From the NCBI RefSeq assembly GCF_002113885.1, contig NW_018408803.1:381912-445911 (forward strand): DNA of 64,000 bases, given 5' to 3'. Both the position numbers and the translations under genes were made by a program. Each line of letters begins with the position of its first letter. Position 1 is the stretch's first letter. Positions 62,749 to 64,000 of this stretch are shown here, one piece after another. The DNA is from Mizuhopecten yessoensis. Lineage: Eukaryota. The notes below the pieces were generated by a model, which saw nothing but the letters and a program-made list of their open reading frames with translations, did not search any database and was not told where the DNA came from.

Positions 62749-64000
62749 CACCAATAGTGAAATTGACATTAAGTAACCCCAGTCATACTCGGTGACTGGA
62801 ATAAGCTACCTTGGGAGTTACATACTCGGGTGTGTTGCATAAAAACGGGGAAGGTTGAGAATTCACCAGTTTTATATAAACAATGAAAGTTGCAGAGACA
62901 TCCTGACTTTTTCACCAATAGTGAAATTGACCAATTGTATACTGTAATGCTCAGAGCTTAGAAGTATGACTGAGAGACCACAAAAGCAAAATAGAACGTA
63001 AATTCTTGTACATGTTGTTGTCGTAGCCATTTGACATTATATATCATTGTGATAGATAGAAAAGGTTAAAACACTCAAAGGTAATAACACCTTATACGTT
63101 TGGTAATCTGTCGAAACAGGGGTGGGCTAGGATCGTTAAACCTCTTAATTTATTAATTTAAAAATTCAAAGGAGTATAAATAAATTTCAAATATAATTGC
63201 CTATAAAATTTTATATTATGAACCGTGTCACTACTCAAAAGAGATAACTATGGGCACCAAGGTTACAGCACACCTCGAGGAATGTAAAATTACCACCTGA
63301 GTCTACCACATTGTATCGTGAAAGATGACCCTCAGACACGCACAGATGATATAAGCTTTAAAACTTGGAAATAGATACAGTATGTAAAAAATTAATGACA
63401 CTGCATCATACAGCTGTTTCGTCCTTCTATAACTTATACTTGATGAGGAAAGAACTCAATTTGAATCCATTTTGTGTCATTTCTCAATGTATTTCTGATC
63501 AGGTTTGTTTAAAAAAAATATGTATCTTTAACTTGATGTGTATACCTAATCTTTGTTCAAAACATTTTTTTCAAATTGATTACGTTATGTGCACATAATG
63601 ACTTCACCAGAATCGTTGGTTTCTGTCAAAATAGATCGTTACGTCTATCTGTGTGAATGATATTAATGTAGCTCTTTATCATATACGGGTAAGACATGCA
63701 TTGTTTACTTCACAACTTACATGTGTGAGTGACATAAGTATACACCATATACGTAATGTGGCATAGTCAGCATGATACAGACGACGCCTATAAAAAAGGT
63801 ATGTGTATCTGTCTAGTTTGATTAATTGATTTAGAAATGTAATATATATGTTTAAATCCGTAGTGGATATATCGCATACCTTAGTTAAGCTAACCAGAAC
63901 GTTACGACTGAGACATACCACTGGTGTCTTTTGTTATCCTTTAGAAAACCGCCGTAATGTGTAATTTGCAAAGAAAACATTTTCATATTATAAACATTTT

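Larger units (their letters stand above)
28630..64000 (+). repeat. Tandem segmental duplication: three main units (~28.6-39.6, ~39.6-56.2, ~56.2->64 kb) plus partial internal copies
   Basis: Collinear landmarks: exon-5 copy 29085/40214/57049; MITE 30281/41139/58006; TRIM-like ATG 33081/43241/59046; 36-bp satellite 35.5/45.8/61.0 kb; downstream block 36.7/48.6/62.6 kb. Boundaries are approximate. Confidence 0.9.

Noticed and set aside
49582-63921. Identical 80-aa ORFs at 49582 and 63679 as a conserved gene
   Set aside because: Identity reflects near-identical duplicated DNA; the more diverged copies (38 kb, 54 kb, 62 kb) do not preserve the frame.

Overview
AT-rich, intron- and repeat-rich animal genomic DNA, not prokaryotic. 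The repeat families and gene family suggest a bivalve mollusc, probably a scallop (inference). Three things are readable from the sequence. (1) The 5' part of a minus-strand PSTPIP1/2-like F-BAR gene: 4 spliced coding exons at 10263->2159, continuing off the left edge. (2) Head-to-head with it, a complete 7-exon, 343-aa secreted UPF0764/C16orf89 homolog on + (19645-31385), with a 2.6-kb 39-bp minisatellite in intron 1. (3) From ~28.6 kb to the end, a tandem segmental duplication of three main units plus partial copies. Each unit carries a single-coding-exon, RING-less B-box/coiled-coil/NHL-like beta-propeller (TRIM-like) gene. Two copies are intact; the third is C-terminally truncated. The units also carry decayed 3' exons of the C16orf89 gene, a 36-bp satellite resembling pogo/Tigger termini, and a repeated frameshifted module that may be a TIR-domain remnant. 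Mobile DNA includes ~10 copies of one palindromic MITE family, other MITEs with TSDs, Helentron-like HINEs, tRNA-derived SINEs and two 5'-truncated retroposon insertions with TSDs. There is no CRISPR array, rRNA or genuine tRNA. The best candidate for a poorly described system is the birth-and-death TRIM-NHL cluster with variable propeller loops; its function is inferred, not shown.
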